Translations under genes and position numbers: made by a program
The notes under the pieces: model-generated
The model's input: only the letters and a program-made list of their open reading frames with translations
What the model was told of the DNA's origin: nothing
Database searches by the model: none
DNA from: Candidatus Binatia bacterium
GTDB taxonomy: Bacteria; Desulfobacterota; Binatia; UBA9968
Length of the DNA: 64,000 nucleotides
NCBI GenBank assembly: GCA_036004365.1
Contig: DASYRN010000041.1
Coordinates: 6,167 to 70,166 of the forward strand
Direction: 5' to 3'
Part shown: positions 63,271 to 64,000 of the stretch, piece after piece
How the letters are laid out: each line of letters begins with the position of its first letter
How positions within the stretch are numbered: position 1 is the stretch's first letter

Positions 63271-63771
63271 ATGGATAAAAGATCAACTGGGGCTGTGTAC
63301 TCAAATTCTCGGACGCTTCGGGCTATTGGCCAGGCGCTGGAGCAAAAACACGTGGAGGACTTCGAGCTAAAAAACCAGGACGGTGAGTTTAGCGTTCGCG
63401 GACGGCAGGCCTTGCCTGAAGGAGGAGAGGAGTTGCTTCGGGACATCATGAGGAGACTGCGGCAACAAGGCGGCTTTACGGAACTTCACTATACGCATGA
63501 GGATGTCGATCGCTTAGACGAGAAAGGTCGGGCAAAGCGACGCGAGAAGAGCGGGATGCCGGATTTCTATACCCTGTCTCAGACCTTGCGTACGGTAGGT
63601 GCCTATGTCGATGAGAAGGGGGCGGATTTGCTTGGAGTTTCTAGGACCGGATTGAGGTTAACCATTCAGTACAAAATAGGCCAAGGCCAGCTCACCATAG
63701 AGACTCACGACGCGCCTTCGCTCTACAAGTTTTTCACCGAGCTGTATCTGCATCGGGGCCTTGAAGCCTGA
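63271..63771 (+). CDS. Hypothetical protein with an internal sequence duplication
   Basis: 166 aa. (V/F)Y..S.TLR..G....(E/D).K appears twice, about 90 aa apart. Confidence 0.45.
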   Translation: MDKRSTGAVYSNSRTLRAIGQALEQKHVEDFELKNQDGEFSVRGRQALPEGGEELLRDIMRRLRQQGGFTELHYTHEDVDRLDEKGRAKRREKSGMPDFYTLSQTLRTVGAYVDEKGADLLGVSRTGLRLTIQYKIGQGQLTIETHDAPSLYKFFTELYLHRGLEA

Positions 63772-63845
63772 GAAGAGGCGTGCGGAATATTCGGATTTTC
63801 GCTTCGCTAACGAAGTCATGGCTGAGTTGGGTAAAAAGTAATTTT

Positions 63846-64000
63846 TTAGGCCTCTTTTCTTTTTTCCAATCGAATACAAAAGCCGCCCTTTCGGACATAG
63901 ATCTGACAGTGGGCTCTCTTTTTGCTCAGCTCCTCGAGAAGAGCCAAAACAAGATTCTTCGAAATCGTATACGACGGGGTCGGTCCTGCGGCGCGCATAG
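63846..64000 (-). CDS. Small or 5'-truncated ORF at the window edge, unknown function
   Basis: The frame is open from the window end (ATG at 63998) to TAA at 63846-63848. It reads ...TPSYTISKNLVLALLEELSKKRAHCQIYVRKGGFCIRLEKRKEA. Confidence 0.25.
   Translation of the reverse strand, partial: MRAAGPTPSYTISKNLVLALLEELSKKRAHCQIYVRKGGFCIRLEKRKEA

Noticed and set aside
1-64000. CRISPR arrays, rRNA genes, and large tandem or inverted DNA repeats
   Set aside because: Reading through all intergenic regions, I found no regularly spaced direct repeats with spacers and no rRNA-like sequence. The only repeats seen are those reported: GAF modules, heptamers, paralogous genes and short palindromes.

Overview
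This is a bacterial chromosomal segment, densely coding on both strands. I can support about 65 protein genes or pseudogenes and two tRNAs (Met-CAT, Leu-CAG). I saw no rRNA and no CRISPR array. The backbone genes are uvrB, uvrC, comEC, a cold-shock protein, valS-nadC-birA-coaX followed by an EF-G paralogue, polyprenyl-diphosphate synthase/ubiE, and gamma-glutamyltransferase. Signalling and periplasmic-binding genes are unusually abundant: two large GAF-containing histidine kinases, three receiver-type proteins, and six solute-binding-protein genes with no transporter partner. Four loci stand out. (i) 42.2-48.1 kb holds an assimilatory sulfate-reduction operon. It is built from an orphan NuoB-type Fe-S protein, a C-terminally extended siroheme sulfite reductase, an unrecognisable 202-aa ORF and an APS-reductase::ATP-sulfurylase fusion. 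(ii) 11.5-14.8 kb holds a hemerythrin / DUF2848-like / cupin / bicupin cluster, in which the bicupin gene is bracketed by two inverted paralogous CxxC..CxxC mini-protein genes. (iii) 1.8-8.7 kb holds an HTH gene, three tandem ABC_sub_bind-type binding-protein genes (the third decayed) and a 1316-aa kinase with four GAF modules of exactly 172 codons each. (iv) 33.6-38.7 kb holds a decayed integrative element next to tRNA-Met, with a doubly frameshifted tyrosine integrase and a transposase remnant. All functional calls come from motif recognition by eye in the supplied translations and sequence; no database search or computation was possible. Family names are therefore hypotheses to confirm with HMM or BLAST searches. 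I could not determine the taxonomic origin.
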